Below are positions 20,264 to 31,746 of a stretch of DNA of 64,000 nt, one piece after another. The first letter of the stretch is position 1. The number at the start of each line of letters is the position of its first letter. The position numbers were made by a program, and so were the translations under genes. Source of the DNA: Longimicrobiales bacterium (GTDB taxonomy: Bacteria; Gemmatimonadota; Gemmatimonadetes; Longimicrobiales; Gaopeijiaceae); assembly GCA_965248195.1 (NCBI GenBank), contig CBDFIQ010000002.1, forward strand, positions 2,944,001-3,008,000, given 5' to 3'. Below the pieces are notes generated by a model. That model saw nothing but the letters and a program-made list of their open reading frames with translations. It searched no databases and had not been told where the DNA came from.

Positions 20264-22117
20264 ATGAACAACAAGAGTAGATTTCCGTTCCTGACGACCG
20301 GCGTCCTGGTCCTAGGTCTGTCGGCCCCCGTGGCGCTCCTGGCGCAGAATCGCCAGGACCAGGTGGCCCCGGATGCCGCGGGTCCGGCGGCCCAGTCTCT
20401 GGACGTGTACCGGCCCGCTGTCCAATTCGTGCATGGTGCGGTCACTGCTGGTCACCCGCTTGCATCGACGGCAGGACTAAGGATCCTGCTCCAGGGAGGA
20501 AACGCCGCCGACGCGTCGGTGGCCACCTTGTCGACGCTGCATGTCGTGAGACCCCAGAGCTCGGGTACCGGTGGCAACGGGTTCTTCACGATCTACGACA
20601 AGGCGACCGATCGTATCTACTCGCTGGGCGCGACGGGTGCTGCCGCCATGGCGATCGACCCAGCGAAGATGACGCGCGAGTCCCTGAACCAGGGGATTCA
20701 TGCCGGTGTCGTCCCGGGTCTGTTCGGAGGTTGGATTGCGGTTCTCGACCGATTCGGAACCATGAGCCTGTCTGAGGTGCTCGAGCCGGCGATCGATTAC
20801 GCAGAAAACGGCCATCCGATCGAGGAATCCGCTGCCCGCTCGATGGCCAGAGCGCAGGCGCGCTTCGAGCAGTTCCCCACGAGCGCGAGCGTGTTTCTAC
20901 CTGGTGGAGAGGCGCCAGAGCCGGGAGAGACGTTCCGCATGACTGACTTGGCGAACACCTTCAAGAAGGTAGTGGAAGCCGAGCAGGAGGCACTCAGAGC
21001 AGGCAAGAGCCGCTCAGAGGCACTGCAGGCCGCCTTCGACCGCTTCTACAAGGGCGACATCGCCCAAGAGATGGCCCGGTTCTATCAGGAAAACGGAGGA
21101 GACTTCACGCTCGAGGACTTCGCCGCGTACGAGCCGATCTGGGCCGACCCGGTGCACACGACCTTCCGCGGTTACGATATCTACTCGAGCCCTTCGACAT
21201 CCCGAGGGGGGTTCGAGGTCGCCATGCAATTGAACCTGGTGGAAGGCTTCGACCTCAAGGCGCTCGGTCACAACAGCGCAGAGGTGCTCCACCTCCTCGC
21301 GGAGGCGATCAAGGTTGCGAAGTCCGACATCTACCACTATGTGGGAGACCCCGTGTTCACCGATATCCCGGTGGCCGACCTCCTGTCGAAAAAGTATGCC
21401 GCGGAGCGGCGTAACTTGATCAGCCAGCGGACGGCGATGCGCTATCCGGAGGCCGGCCAGCCGGCCGGCGCCAATGCGTCGGCGTCGATTGCCGCGCCTC
21501 GTGGACCGCAGTTCGATGAACTAGCGGAGGTAGGTGGCACGACCAGCTTCTCCGTGGCAGACCAGTTCGGCAACGTGATCAGTGTCACGCCGACCCACGG
21601 TGGAGGCTTCGGTACTGGGGTGGTCGTCGGCAACACCGGACTGCTGTTCAACAACGGGACCCGGATCGGGTCGACATCACCGTATCCGGACGATGTCAAC
21701 TACGTAAGAGGCGGGCAGATTCCGTTGCTGAACAATTCGCCCGTTATCGTCATGAAGGACGGTGAGTTCGTCCTTGCCATCGGATCTCCCGGCGGCGAAA
21801 CCATCGGCCAGACGCAGTTCCAGACCGTGTTGAACGTCCTGGAGTTTGGGATGTCGATTCAGGAGGCGGTAGCGGCGCCTCGGTTCGTCCTGACGGCCGA
21901 GCCGAACTTCTACTTGCCTGGTGCAGAAGTCGTCCTGAACCTCGAGAACCGTATCGATCCGGCGATCGCCGGCGCGCTGATGGACATGGGGCACAACGTC
22001 GAGCTGGCTGCGCCATACAGCTTCGGCAGCAACCAAGGGATCCTTCGGGATGCCGGAACCGGGACGCTGTCCGCCGGAGCGGATCCCAGGCGGGTGGGTT
22101 ATGCGGTGGGCTGGTGA
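20264..22117 (+). CDS. ggt: Gamma-glutamyltransferase
   Basis: GGNAADA, FYKGDIA, TTSFSVAD (catalytic Thr), GSPGG, GADPRR. Confidence 0.9.
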   Translation: MNNKSRFPFLTTGVLVLGLSAPVALLAQNRQDQVAPDAAGPAAQSLDVYRPAVQFVHGAVTAGHPLASTAGLRILLQGGNAADASVATLSTLHVVRPQSSGTGGNGFFTIYDKATDRIYSLGATGAAAMAIDPAKMTRESLNQGIHAGVVPGLFGGWIAVLDRFGTMSLSEVLEPAIDYAENGHPIEESAARSMARAQARFEQFPTSASVFLPGGEAPEPGETFRMTDLANTFKKVVEAEQEALRAGKSRSEALQAAFDRFYKGDIAQEMARFYQENGGDFTLEDFAAYEPIWADPVHTTFRGYDIYSSPSTSRGGFEVAMQLNLVEGFDLKALGHNSAEVLHLLAEAIKVAKSDIYHYVGDPVFTDIPVADLLSKKYAAERRNLISQRTAMRYPEAGQPAGANASASIAAPRGPQFDELAEVGGTTSFSVADQFGNVISVTPTHGGGFGTGVVVGNTGLLFNNGTRIGSTSPYPDDVNYVRGGQIPLLNNSPVIVMKDGEFVLAIGSPGGETIGQTQFQTVLNVLEFGMSIQEAVAAPRFVLTAEPNFYLPGAEVVLNLENRIDPAIAGALMDMGHNVELAAPYSFGSNQGILRDAGTGTLSAGADPRRVGYAVGW

Positions 22118-22712
22118 CCGCACCGCCTTGCAGGACGGCCACCTCCGAACGATGAGGGTCGGCGTCTCAGCCTAGAATTCGTTCACTGTCAATCGAATGT
22201 CCTCGTCGGGGCGCCCTACCCCGGCGCCATGCCCTTTTTCATTTGGTTCCAGGCCTGGCGGGCTTCCTCGACCGACCCCTCATCCTCGATCGTCGTGATG
22301 TCGCCCGGGTCCTGGTCGAGAACGACCGCTTTCAACACCCTCCGCATGATCTTGCCGCTGCGGGTCTTGGGTAACATCGATACGAAGTTCAGCTCACCGA
22401 TGACCGCAATCGGTCCGAGCTCGTGCCGGATCGTGTCTACCAGGGCCTGGCGGAGCTCATCGGACGGTGTCTCAGCGTTCTTGAGCAGTACGAACGCCGC
22501 GATCACCTCACCGCGCACCTCGTCCGGTCGTCCGACCACACCGCACTCGGCAACCGCCGGATGCTTGAGACAGGCGCTTTCCACCTCGATCGTTCCCATG
22601 CGGTGGGCGGCGATCTTGATGATCTCGTCGGCACGTCCTCCGAACCAGAGATAGCCGTCCTCGTCGATGTGCACGGAATCGCCGCTGTAGTACACATTGA
22701 ATCGCCCCGGGT

Positions 22713-23648
22713 TCATCGGAGACTGTTTGACTTGAGTGTCAGAGGCTCACCTGGAGCGTCCTGACGCGAATAATACAACTCTTCGTACTCGGCCGGCGGG
22801 ATATGGCCGTGGGGCTCGAAGAGGCGATGGTGATTGAACCACCAGACCCATTCGAGGGTGGCGAGCTCGATGTCTTCGAGGGTGCGCCACGGACCGCGTG
22901 GACGAATGAGCTCGGTCTTGTAGAGTCCGATGATCGTCTCGGCCAGGGCGTTGTCATACGAATCCCCCCGGCTGCCTACGGACGGCTCGATGCCTGCCAA
23001 CGCCAGGCGCTCGGTGTAGCGGATAGACAGGTACTGCCCCCCGCGGTCGCTGTGATGCACCAGGCGCTTGTCTGCGTCGTCCTCGCGTTCACAGATCGCC
23101 TGCTCGAGAGCGTCGAGCGCTAAGTCACTGCGTAATGAGTTCGAGACCCGCCATCCGACGATGCGACGGCTGAACGCATCGATCACGAACGCCACGAAGA
23201 CAAACGCATGGCCCGTCCGCACGTACGTGAGGTCCGAGACCCACAGCTCGTTGGGACGTGCCGCGCTGAAGTCTCGGTTCACGAGGTCCAGCGGGCGCTC
23301 GTCGCCCTCCGCCGTGTGCGTTGTCACCTTGAAGCGCCGCCCTCGCGTAACCCCACAAAGCTCCAGTTCCTTCATGAGCCGAGCCACCGTGCATCGAGCC
23401 ACGGTGATGCCTTCCCGGTTCAGCTGCTTCCACACCTTCTTCGCCCCGTAGACCTGGAAGTTCTGCATCCACACTCGACGGATCTCCGGCTTCAGCATCT
23501 CGTCGCGCTGAGCCCGGACCGATCGTAGCGTCGGATCTGCCTGCATCGCCTTGTGCGTGTAGTAGGTCGACGGAGCGATCGGCAGTACCTCGCAGATCGG
23601 CTCGACTCCGTACGTGGGCCGGTAATCGTCGATGAAGGCCACCATCAC
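22713..23648 (-). CDS. IS3 transposase OrfB (rve/DDE)
   Basis: [24 protein letters not shown]. Confidence 0.95.
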   Translation of the reverse strand: MMVAFIDDYRPTYGVEPICEVLPIAPSTYYTHKAMQADPTLRSVRAQRDEMLKPEIRRVWMQNFQVYGAKKVWKQLNREGITVARCTVARLMKELELCGVTRGRRFKVTTHTAEGDERPLDLVNRDFSAARPNELWVSDLTYVRTGHAFVFVAFVIDAFSRRIVGWRVSNSLRSDLALDALEQAICEREDDADKRLVHHSDRGGQYLSIRYTERLALAGIEPSVGSRGDSYDNALAETIIGLYKTELIRPRGPWRTLEDIELATLEWVWWFNHHRLFEPHGHIPPAEYEELYYSRQDAPGEPLTLKSNSLR

Positions 23649-23965
23649 CGAACTCGGCGGTCGAGCTCCGCCTGTGCGAAATACGCCGATGCCTTACGCA
23701 GAATCTCGTTCGCCCGCTTCAGCTCACGATTCTCACGCTCCAGCACCTTCAGTCGCTCACGCTCTTCTGTCTTGAGACCGGGCCGTTGCCCCGTGTCTCG
23801 CTCCGCTCGTCGAACCCATTTACGTAGCGTCTCCGCCGTGCACCCGATCTTCTCCGAGATCGAGCAGATCGCCGCCCACTGTGAGCTGTACTCAGGCTCG
23901 TGCTCGAAAACCATCCGAACGGCTCGCTCCCGTACCTCTGGGGAGTACTGTCCTTTCCTTTTCAT
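23645..23965 (-). CDS. IS3 transposase OrfA
   Basis: [35 protein letters not shown]. Confidence 0.95.
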   Translation of the reverse strand: MKRKGQYSPEVRERAVRMVFEHEPEYSSQWAAICSISEKIGCTAETLRKWVRRAERDTGQRPGLKTEERERLKVLERENRELKRANEILRKASAYFAQAELDRRVR

Positions 23966-25629
23966 GACTCCATCCTCTCAACTGATGGAGTCTCCGGCAA
24001 ACCCGGGGTGATTCACATCGGGAATCTTCTGCCAGTAGTCACGGCCGTACCGGCCCGGCTCGCCCCAAAGCGCAGGGGTCAATCCTGGAAACGGTCGTGT
24101 CAGCACCATGATGCCCTGCTCGCCGACGTCACAAGGTGTGCCGTCCGTCCGCACGACCGCCGCTTCGATGCCCGGTAGAGGGATGGCGGCCGACCCCGGC
24201 TTGATCGGGAGCATGCCAAGCCCGTAGGGATTGCCGAACACCGGCCCGCTGGTTTCCGTTTGCCACATGTGGTCGATGACGGGCACCCGCCCCTTCAGAA
24301 TAGTATTCTGCAGCCAGTCCCAGGCCGGCGGGTTGAGCACCTCACCGGCCGAGAACACACGCTCGAGCCGTGAGTGGTCGACGCTTCCCAGCGGGCCGTC
24401 GCCGTATCGCATGAGCGCCCGAACCGCGGTGGGGGACGTGAAAATCCCCGTAGCCCCCAGCTCTTCGACAACGATACGCCAGTTGGCCTCCGGCTCCGGA
24501 TGGTCCAGCGCACCCTCGAAGACAACGGTCGTGCAGCCGGCCAACAACGGGCCGTACACCATGTAGCTGTGTCCCACGATCCAGCCGATGTCGGATGTCG
24601 CCCACCACACATCGGTCGGTCTCAGCCCGAAGCACCAGCGTCCCATCGAGACGACGTGCACCTGGTATCCGCCGTGCGTGTGGATCGCTAGCTTTGGCTT
24701 GGCGGTCGTGCCGGATGTCGCAAGGATAAAAGCAGGCTCGTTGGCTTCCAGCGACACCCAATCCCCCGACTGCCCATCCGCGCCGGCGAGAAAGGCATCC
24801 CACGTGATGTCGCGGCCGGGCGTCATCGACGATGCATCGCCCGAGCGTTGTAATACGACCACCCGCTCGACGGTGTCCCCGAGCGACTGCAAAGCGTCGT
24901 CGAGGAGCGGCTTGAGTGGGAGCTCCTTGCCTTTGCGGTAGGTGATATCGGCAGTGAAGACGACCCGCGAGCCGCTGGCGGAGATCCGATCTGCGAGCGC
25001 CTGTGCGCCAAACCCTGCAAAGATGACCGAGTGAATCGCTCCGATCCTCGTGCATGCCAGCATGAGAACGACCGCCTCGGGGCACGTCGGCATCGAGAGG
25101 GTCACACGATCCCCTTTCTCGACGCCGAGCCCGCGCAGGGCGGCGGCCAGCCGCTTCACCTCATCCAAGAGCTGGGCGTACGTCAACACCACCCTGTCAC
25201 CGCGTTCGTTGAGATAAATCAGGGCAGCGCGGCCACCGTTCCCCTCCGCAACGTGGCGGTCCACCGCATTGTAAGCGAGGTTGGTCTGCGCACCGACGAA
25301 CCAACGAAACGTCGGAGGATCCGCTTCGTAGACACGGTCCCAGGCCCGGAACCACGGTAACTCCTGAGCGGCCCGCTCCCAGAAACCCTCCGGATCCCGG
25401 AGGCCGTCCTCAATCCATTTCGTGACAGTCGGCGAGGCGAGGTTCACCTGGCCCTCCCGGTCCAAGTTGACAATCACCGCAAGGTTCCGCCTCGTCTCCG
25501 GCATTGCAAGCTCGAGGCTTGACCGACAAAATGATCCTCTGCGGCAGCCGAGGGCGCTAGACCTGACGTCACGATCGAAACGGCTCCCTCAGCGGTGAGC
25601 TGAAGCCCAACGACGAGGGAGGTCCATGC

Positions 25630-27204
25630 ATGCTCCACGACACGAAAACTAGAGACCGGCGCAGTCTGTCGGGTGTCGCTGTCCGGGGAGCATTCACCAT
25701 CGTGGCGGTGTTGTTGTCGACTGCCGGATGTTCGGAACCGGCCAACTCCGGGCCTCAGAACGGCCCGACGGCGCTACCGGGCGCCGGTTCTGGTCCGGTG
25801 ACGAGCGACGTCCAGAACGCGTTCCTGCAGTGGCCGCTACCACCCGGGGCGGAGGCGTACGGCGACATCGATGGACGGCATCTCCTCGAGTACGTCGTGG
25901 AGCAGGTCGAGATCTCGCGTCGCTACCGCGACCAGGGACATCCGAAGTATTGGGGCCGGATCATCGGCACCTCGGGCGATGCCGAAAGTGCGGACTGGGT
26001 GGCGGCCAAATTCGACGATATCGGCCTCTCGGACGTCCACATTCAATCCTTCGACCTACAGCCTCAATGGATGCCCCAGTCGTGGGAGGTCTCGGTCACG
26101 GCCGGCGAGACGACCCTGAAGGTGGAAACCGCGCAACCGGTCTATCGGGCGACAGGAACGCCGCCCGGCGGATTGGATCTCGAAGCGGTCTACGTCGGCT
26201 TGGGGAGCGAGGCCGATTTCATCGGGCGTGACGTCGAGGGGAAGGCGGTGTTCGCGCATAGCATGTTCGGCGTGAGGGATGACGGTGCGTTGCCCCGGGC
26301 CGATGCCCGGGGGGCGGCCGCCGTCTTCGACGTCCATATGCTGCCGGGCAACATGCGCTACCAGGCGTACCCGAAGAACACAAGCGTCCCGACCTTTACC
26401 GTGGGTGGGGAGGACGGGATCGCCGTGAGGGATCTAATCGCGGCCGCACCGCCAGGTCAGCCGCTGCGTGTGCACGTGCGAATGGACATCGAGATGGTCC
26501 CTGACTTGCAGACCGCGATCGTCTGGGGCACGCTGCCGGGCGCGACAGATGAGACGATCTACATCATGGCCCATCGGGACGGGTGGTTCGATGCCTCCGG
26601 CGACAACGCGTCGGGCGTAGCCTCCATGATCGGTTTGGCCGAGCACTATGTGAGGATCCCACAGGCCGAGCGACGACGGACGATCATCTTTCTGGGGATC
26701 GATGGGCACCACAACTCGGGCGAGGGATCGGGGGTGGGGCGCCAGTGGATGGCCGACAACCGTGAAGAGCTGTTCGCCAAGACTGCCCTGGTGATCAACG
26801 CCGAGCACCCTTCGACGGTGCAGACCAGCGTCAGGCCTCGTTATCTCCGCCGCGACGAGATCATCTGGGCCAACACCTACACGGCGCAGCAATGGTATGC
26901 GGGCGGTCCCTCGAGGCCGGAGCTCAACGCGATTGCCGTCGCCGCGTTCCGAGAGTTCGGTGTCAGCTTCTACCTTGACCCGAACGCCAGACCACCGGCT
27001 GGCGACTTGGGTCGGCTATATCGGTTCGTGCCCGGTGTGGCAACGAGCGACTTCTATCACTACTTCCACACCGACCTGGAGACCCCGGAAACCGTGCCGT
27101 GGACCGGACTCGAGGCCTCGACTCGGGCGTACGCGCGGATCGTCGATGAGGTGAACAAGCTCGACTTGAGCGTCTTGCAGCGACCTGAAGAACCGACACC
27201 CTGA
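25630..27204 (+). CDS. M28 family peptidase with PA domain, lipoprotein
   Basis: AHRDGW, DNASG, FHTDLET. Confidence 0.75.
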   Translation: MLHDTKTRDRRSLSGVAVRGAFTIVAVLLSTAGCSEPANSGPQNGPTALPGAGSGPVTSDVQNAFLQWPLPPGAEAYGDIDGRHLLEYVVEQVEISRRYRDQGHPKYWGRIIGTSGDAESADWVAAKFDDIGLSDVHIQSFDLQPQWMPQSWEVSVTAGETTLKVETAQPVYRATGTPPGGLDLEAVYVGLGSEADFIGRDVEGKAVFAHSMFGVRDDGALPRADARGAAAVFDVHMLPGNMRYQAYPKNTSVPTFTVGGEDGIAVRDLIAAAPPGQPLRVHVRMDIEMVPDLQTAIVWGTLPGATDETIYIMAHRDGWFDASGDNASGVASMIGLAEHYVRIPQAERRRTIIFLGIDGHHNSGEGSGVGRQWMADNREELFAKTALVINAEHPSTVQTSVRPRYLRRDEIIWANTYTAQQWYAGGPSRPELNAIAVAAFREFGVSFYLDPNARPPAGDLGRLYRFVPGVATSDFYHYFHTDLETPETVPWTGLEASTRAYARIVDEVNKLDLSVLQRPEEPTP

Positions 27205-30082
27205 TCGGCCAACGGAGCCTGAGTCCAGCGGGCCGGTAGGCGCAAGCAGAACCCCAGAATCACGTTCTAAGCGTCTTCGGTACCATAGCCTCACTTTCGC
27301 CCCTACCTGTCCGGAGCTCGGGATTGGGACGGATAGCGGACCCTACATCCCTATCTCAAGGATTCAGCCAGTAATTCAGCTTGATCATGAAGATGTTGTC
27401 CGGAGCGACATCAAAAATGTCCCGTGTATCACGCGTCAGATCGAAAGTCCCCACCCAATCGTCCGTCCCGGTTGCTCCATGGCCGGTCACCGAGTCGATT
27501 CTCCGCTGTTGCCACACGAAAAACAGTGTTGAACCCGGCCGCCACTCCCATCTCAGGACTGCGTTGCCGATCAAGCTTCGGTAGCTGAAGTCTCGGTCTG
27601 AAACCAAGAAGCTCGGCGCGGGGCCCCCGTCGTCGGGGTCGACGCTGAAGTCGCCCTCCGCGGTGCGCACCACGGTGCCCACGTCTTCCCCGTACTCGAG
27701 AAAGTCGAACGTGCCCGGAGTTTGGAACTCCTTCAGCTCGCGGTAATCACCGGTCGAAATGAAGGGCTCCACGTACATCTCGAGAGACAGGGTCGGAGAA
27801 AAGGTGAGATTCACGCGGGTCTCGAGTGAGAGCGTGGACCGCTTCAATGGTGCGAACACGTACCGAGTTCCGAAAGTCTGGTCCGCCAACGGGTCGTCCT
27901 CGCGAGTCACGTACTGCGCCGTCGACTTCGACCAGGAGTAGCGTGGACCAATGTTGATCTGGAGCGTCTCTAATAAGCGCACGTTCACACTCACCTGAAC
28001 GGCACGACTCCATCCACCCGCGGCGTCCGAGCTGAAGTTAAAGGAGCCGCTTCCGACCGCCGCCCTGCGCCCGTCGGAGTTCAAGCGAAGTCTCACCGCG
28101 GTGCCCGATGGAGAGCGTGCGATCGGCCCACCTCGCGTGAGCCGATCGTCGTCGTTCCACGGGTCGTACTGGAAACGAACCGAGGCGCTCCAATAGTTCA
28201 GAAACTCGAGGGAATTCTGCAGGTTGACGTTCGCCATCGTTCGGTCACCCGCGAAGTTCCAAGCCACGTCCGGGCCTCCGAAGAACCTCCACGACCTGAG
28301 AACGTCGCCCGGTTCGGGCTGCGTATACTGGTAGTGCGTATCCATCAGGATGCGGTCGGCGTTGGTGTGGAACCCGAGGTCGTTTACTTCGTAGCCGGGG
28401 CTGATCGCCGCGAAGCCGTTCCTCATCGTGAAGTTCCCGGCCTGTTTGCCCACGTATGCCATCGCATAAAAGCCGCCAAGGGACGTCGCCGTCGGGTCTA
28501 TCTCCACATGGGAAGCGTCGGGTCTGTGAAAGTACCGCTTCGACGACTCCTGGGTCTCTAGAATCGCGTCGACCGCGCCGTTGACGCGGCTCCCCGAGAT
28601 CAGGCCGGTGAAGAGCCAGATCCGATTTTCTGATTCATGTGCGAAGTCGATTCCTCCGGCGTACGCGGAGGTGTGCAAGCTCGCCCCCAGAGGGGTACCC
28701 GCAGCATCTCGATTCACTGCGGAGGCGATCAGGCCGAAGCGGGTCTGTCCCCCACGTATCTGACGCCGCACTCTGCCCACGAAGTAGTTCGCCGCCGGCT
28801 CGACCATTTGCCGGTCGACCACACCCGTCTCATCGACGTACGTGGCAACCTCCTTGGCGGTCACGGCCTCGAGAATCCCAAGTGACCAGCCATCCCCGAT
28901 CCGGCCCGTGACCTTGGCGGCTCCCAGAATCGTCGTAGCGGTCGGGACGTCCGAGTATACCGCGTCGGAAGGGACGCCCCCACTGGGCGGTCCGCCGATT
29001 CGGCGCGAGTAGACGAGCTCGGGTCCCCGACCGACGCTGCCCGTGGGCCCGGCTTCGCCGAAGTTGAAAATGTCGGCCCCTTCGACGAAGAAGGGCCTTC
29101 GCTCGTTGTACTGCGTTTCGAATGCCGTGAGGTTGATGATCGAGGGATCCAGCTCTACCTGCCCAAAGTCGGGGTTCACCGTCCCGTCGAGGGTCACATT
29201 GGACGTGATCCGGTACTTGAGATCCAAGCCCGCACCACGGAAGTAATCCGACCCCGTCTGATAGGGGTTCGCGAAGCTTACGTCCGACCGTTGCTCCAGC
29301 TCCAAGTACTCCCCACGGGCGACGACGTAGGGAAGAAGCTCCAGCCTGCGACCCGTCTGGATTCCCTCGATTCCATCCAAATGAGCAAACCGGGATACAC
29401 CGGCCCTCTCAAGGGTCGGCGTGAACGGGAAGGTCGCGTTCTCCTGGGTCCGGTTGATGTTCCGCTCGAACTGGACGCCCCAGACCTGCAGGTCACTTGG
29501 GCTGAATCGAAGCTGGCTGAACGGAATCCGTATCTCGACTACCCATCCCGAGTCGGTTACGTCGGTGGCCACCTCCCAGACAGGATCCCACGACGAGTCC
29601 CCGCGCCTCAGGTTGTTCCCGGTGAGGATCTCATCACCTTTGACGCCGGACGGATTCGTCCAGAAACGGTAGGCGGTCTCGTGGTCGTGATAGCTGTCGA
29701 GGAGCACCACGAACACGTCCGAGTCACCGAGGCCGGCGTCGCGCCGGGCGAGACGGGTGGTGACCGGACTCCGGTCATCCAGGACCGCTCCTATGTAGAT
29801 CGCGGCATCATCGTAAACCAAACGGACCGTGGTGCGCTCCGAGACGGGCTCCCCTTCCAACGGCAGAGTCTGGAGAAAATCGGTGATCGGGGGGGCGTTC
29901 GACCACGCCATATCATCGAGCGCTCCATCGATCGAGATCGAAGCGTTCACTCGTGCGGCCCGAGCCCGGAGCGCGAAGGCATGTAGGTATTCCGTATCCA
30001 GCTCGACAGGGGTGGCGGGTGGTGCGTCTGCCTCGACGGGGCGCTGACCAACAAGCGCTTGTGTGGTGCAGGGCGCGACGAG

Positions 30083-31458
30083 GGTCAAGTCCCGATTTGT
30101 GTGTAAAAGCGGAGGAAGCTCCTCGCCTTCGGCTAGGCTGCTTGGGCGACCTCCTGTTTCTGGAGGAGTGAGAGGTCGAGGTAACGCCGGTCGCCCCAGA
30201 CGTGTGTGGTCCTGAGTGCGACGGCCGTGATGAGCCTGAGGGCGCTGGCCCGGTCCGGGAAGGCGCCGGCGGCCTTGATCCTGCGTTTGATCTCGCCGTG
30301 CAGCCGCTCGAGGCTGTTGGTGGTACGCAGCCGGGGCCAGTGCGCCTCGGGGAACGCGTAGAACTGCGTCGCTGCCCCGAAGCCCCGCTCCAGGACCTCC
30401 ACGGCCTCGGGCAGCTCCTTCTTCCAGCGTGCGCCGAACTCGCCCAGGAGCTTCTTCGCCTCGGCGAGTCCGGATGTCTGGAAGATCACCGAGACCTCAC
30501 GCGCCACGCGCTTGCGTAGGCGGTGGGGGACCCTCGCCCCCACATTACGCTGCAGATGGACCGTACACCTCTGACGGCGTGCCTCGGGCAGGAAGCGGCG
30601 GACCGCAGCTGCCAGGCCTGCGTGCTCATCGGCGATCACGAGCTCGACACCGCCGAGGCCGCGGTCCTGGAGTTGCTCGAGGAGCTCCGACCAGCTCTGC
30701 TGCGACTCCTCAGCGCCCAGCGTGACGGCCAGGAGCCGTCGGTGACCCTCAGGGCCCACTGCATACGCCACGAGCGCACTCACGTTCTCGACTTTGCGGG
30801 CCCAGCGGGCGTCCAAGAACGTGGCGTCCAGGTACAGATAGGGGTGAGGCCCCTCGATCGGCGCACGGCGCAGCCCTTCCACGGCCTCGTCGAGCCGTTT
30901 TGCCACACGACTCACCGTCGAGCGCCCAACACGCTCGCCCATCAGCGCCTCGGTGACGTCGCCCATCTTGCGCTGTGACACGCCGCTCACATACGCCTCG
31001 ACCATCATCTCGTCGAGCTCGGGGCTCCTGCGCTGGTAGCGGCCGATCACGTCGGCCGGCGAACCGTTGTCCCGGCTCCGGGGCATGGCGACCTCGATCT
31101 GCCCCAGGCTCGTCAGCAGCCGCCTCAGGTATGTGCCGTTCCTATGGTCCTTCCGGCTTCCCACCCGCTCGAAGCGGCGTGCACCTACCATGGCCTTCAG
31201 CTCCTCTTCCAGCACCATCTCGAGCGTCAGCCGGATCGCGCCTTGAAACAGCTCGCGCAAATCATCGCGTAGCTCGTCTTGCGTGGCCCGACCGATCTCC
31301 ACAATCTCTTGCATCGGAAGCTCCTCTCCGGTTCCGAGCCTGCTCTGCAGACCCGGACTCCCGGGTTCATGTGACAGTGAACAACAACAGAGGAGCTTCC
31401 GTTTTTCTTTCCCTCCTGTCCAGCTTATCCGCTTTTACACAAATCTAGGGACACTACC
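30083..31458 (-). mobile_element. IS256-family element with CGCGACGAG target duplication
   Basis: Imperfect IRs sharing tgtgtaaaagcgga; cgcgacgag at 30074-30082 and 31459-31467. Confidence 0.92.
30133..31314 (-). CDS. IS256 (mutator-type) transposase
   Basis: RNG, YLYLDA, QRCTVH, RTTNSLERLHGEIKRR. Confidence 0.95.
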   Translation of the reverse strand: MQEIVEIGRATQDELRDDLRELFQGAIRLTLEMVLEEELKAMVGARRFERVGSRKDHRNGTYLRRLLTSLGQIEVAMPRSRDNGSPADVIGRYQRRSPELDEMMVEAYVSGVSQRKMGDVTEALMGERVGRSTVSRVAKRLDEAVEGLRRAPIEGPHPYLYLDATFLDARWARKVENVSALVAYAVGPEGHRRLLAVTLGAEESQQSWSELLEQLQDRGLGGVELVIADEHAGLAAAVRRFLPEARRQRCTVHLQRNVGARVPHRLRKRVAREVSVIFQTSGLAEAKKLLGEFGARWKKELPEAVEVLERGFGAATQFYAFPEAHWPRLRTTNSLERLHGEIKRRIKAAGAFPDRASALRLITAVALRTTHVWGDRRYLDLSLLQKQEVAQAA

Positions 31459-31746
31459 CGCGACGAGGCATGCGATCAGGAAGCAGAGAACCCTTCTACG
31501 TAGCGATGAGGTGGGAGAATACACTGGGAGGGGGTTGGCGTGGGACGGGTCAGGTTGGCGCTAAAGCTCTCCGGATCCGGGCCGGAATGCAAACGGGGGC
31601 CGCAAGCCTCTCTCGAGCCCGTCGCCTCACGCCCAGACGGGGGGCTGATCTTGGGTTGGACGACCTGTTGATCCCTCGCGAGCTTAGCCGATCGCGCTGG
31701 CGACGGTGCCGGTCCCGGCTTATCGTTTTTCGAACTGGGAGGTAAC

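Larger units (their letters stand above)
22698..24015 (-). mobile_element. IS3-family element with 3-bp target duplication CAT
   Basis: IRs tgaatcgccccgggtt / aacccggggtgattca; CAT on both sides. Confidence 0.95.
22216..25447 (-). pseudogene. acs: Acetate-CoA ligase interrupted by an IS3
   Basis: TSGTTAKPK, DHMWQTE, YYSGD, PKTRSGKIMRR; removing the IS restores IPDVYYSG; GTG start with GGAGG. Confidence 0.9.
27356..31524 (-). pseudogene. CBM9-like/DUF5916 outer-membrane protein interrupted in its signal peptide by an IS256
   Basis: IDGALDD, EIRIPFSQLRF, NPDFGQVE, ERRPFFVEG; N-terminus VYSPTSSLRRRVLCFLIACLVA lies at 31459-31524 beyond the IS. Confidence 0.85.

Noticed and set aside
25463..25478. 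Third IS6-like end (aagttgacaatcacc)
   Set aside because: Only the core matches and no IS sequence is adjacent; it could simply be a TTGACA promoter element.
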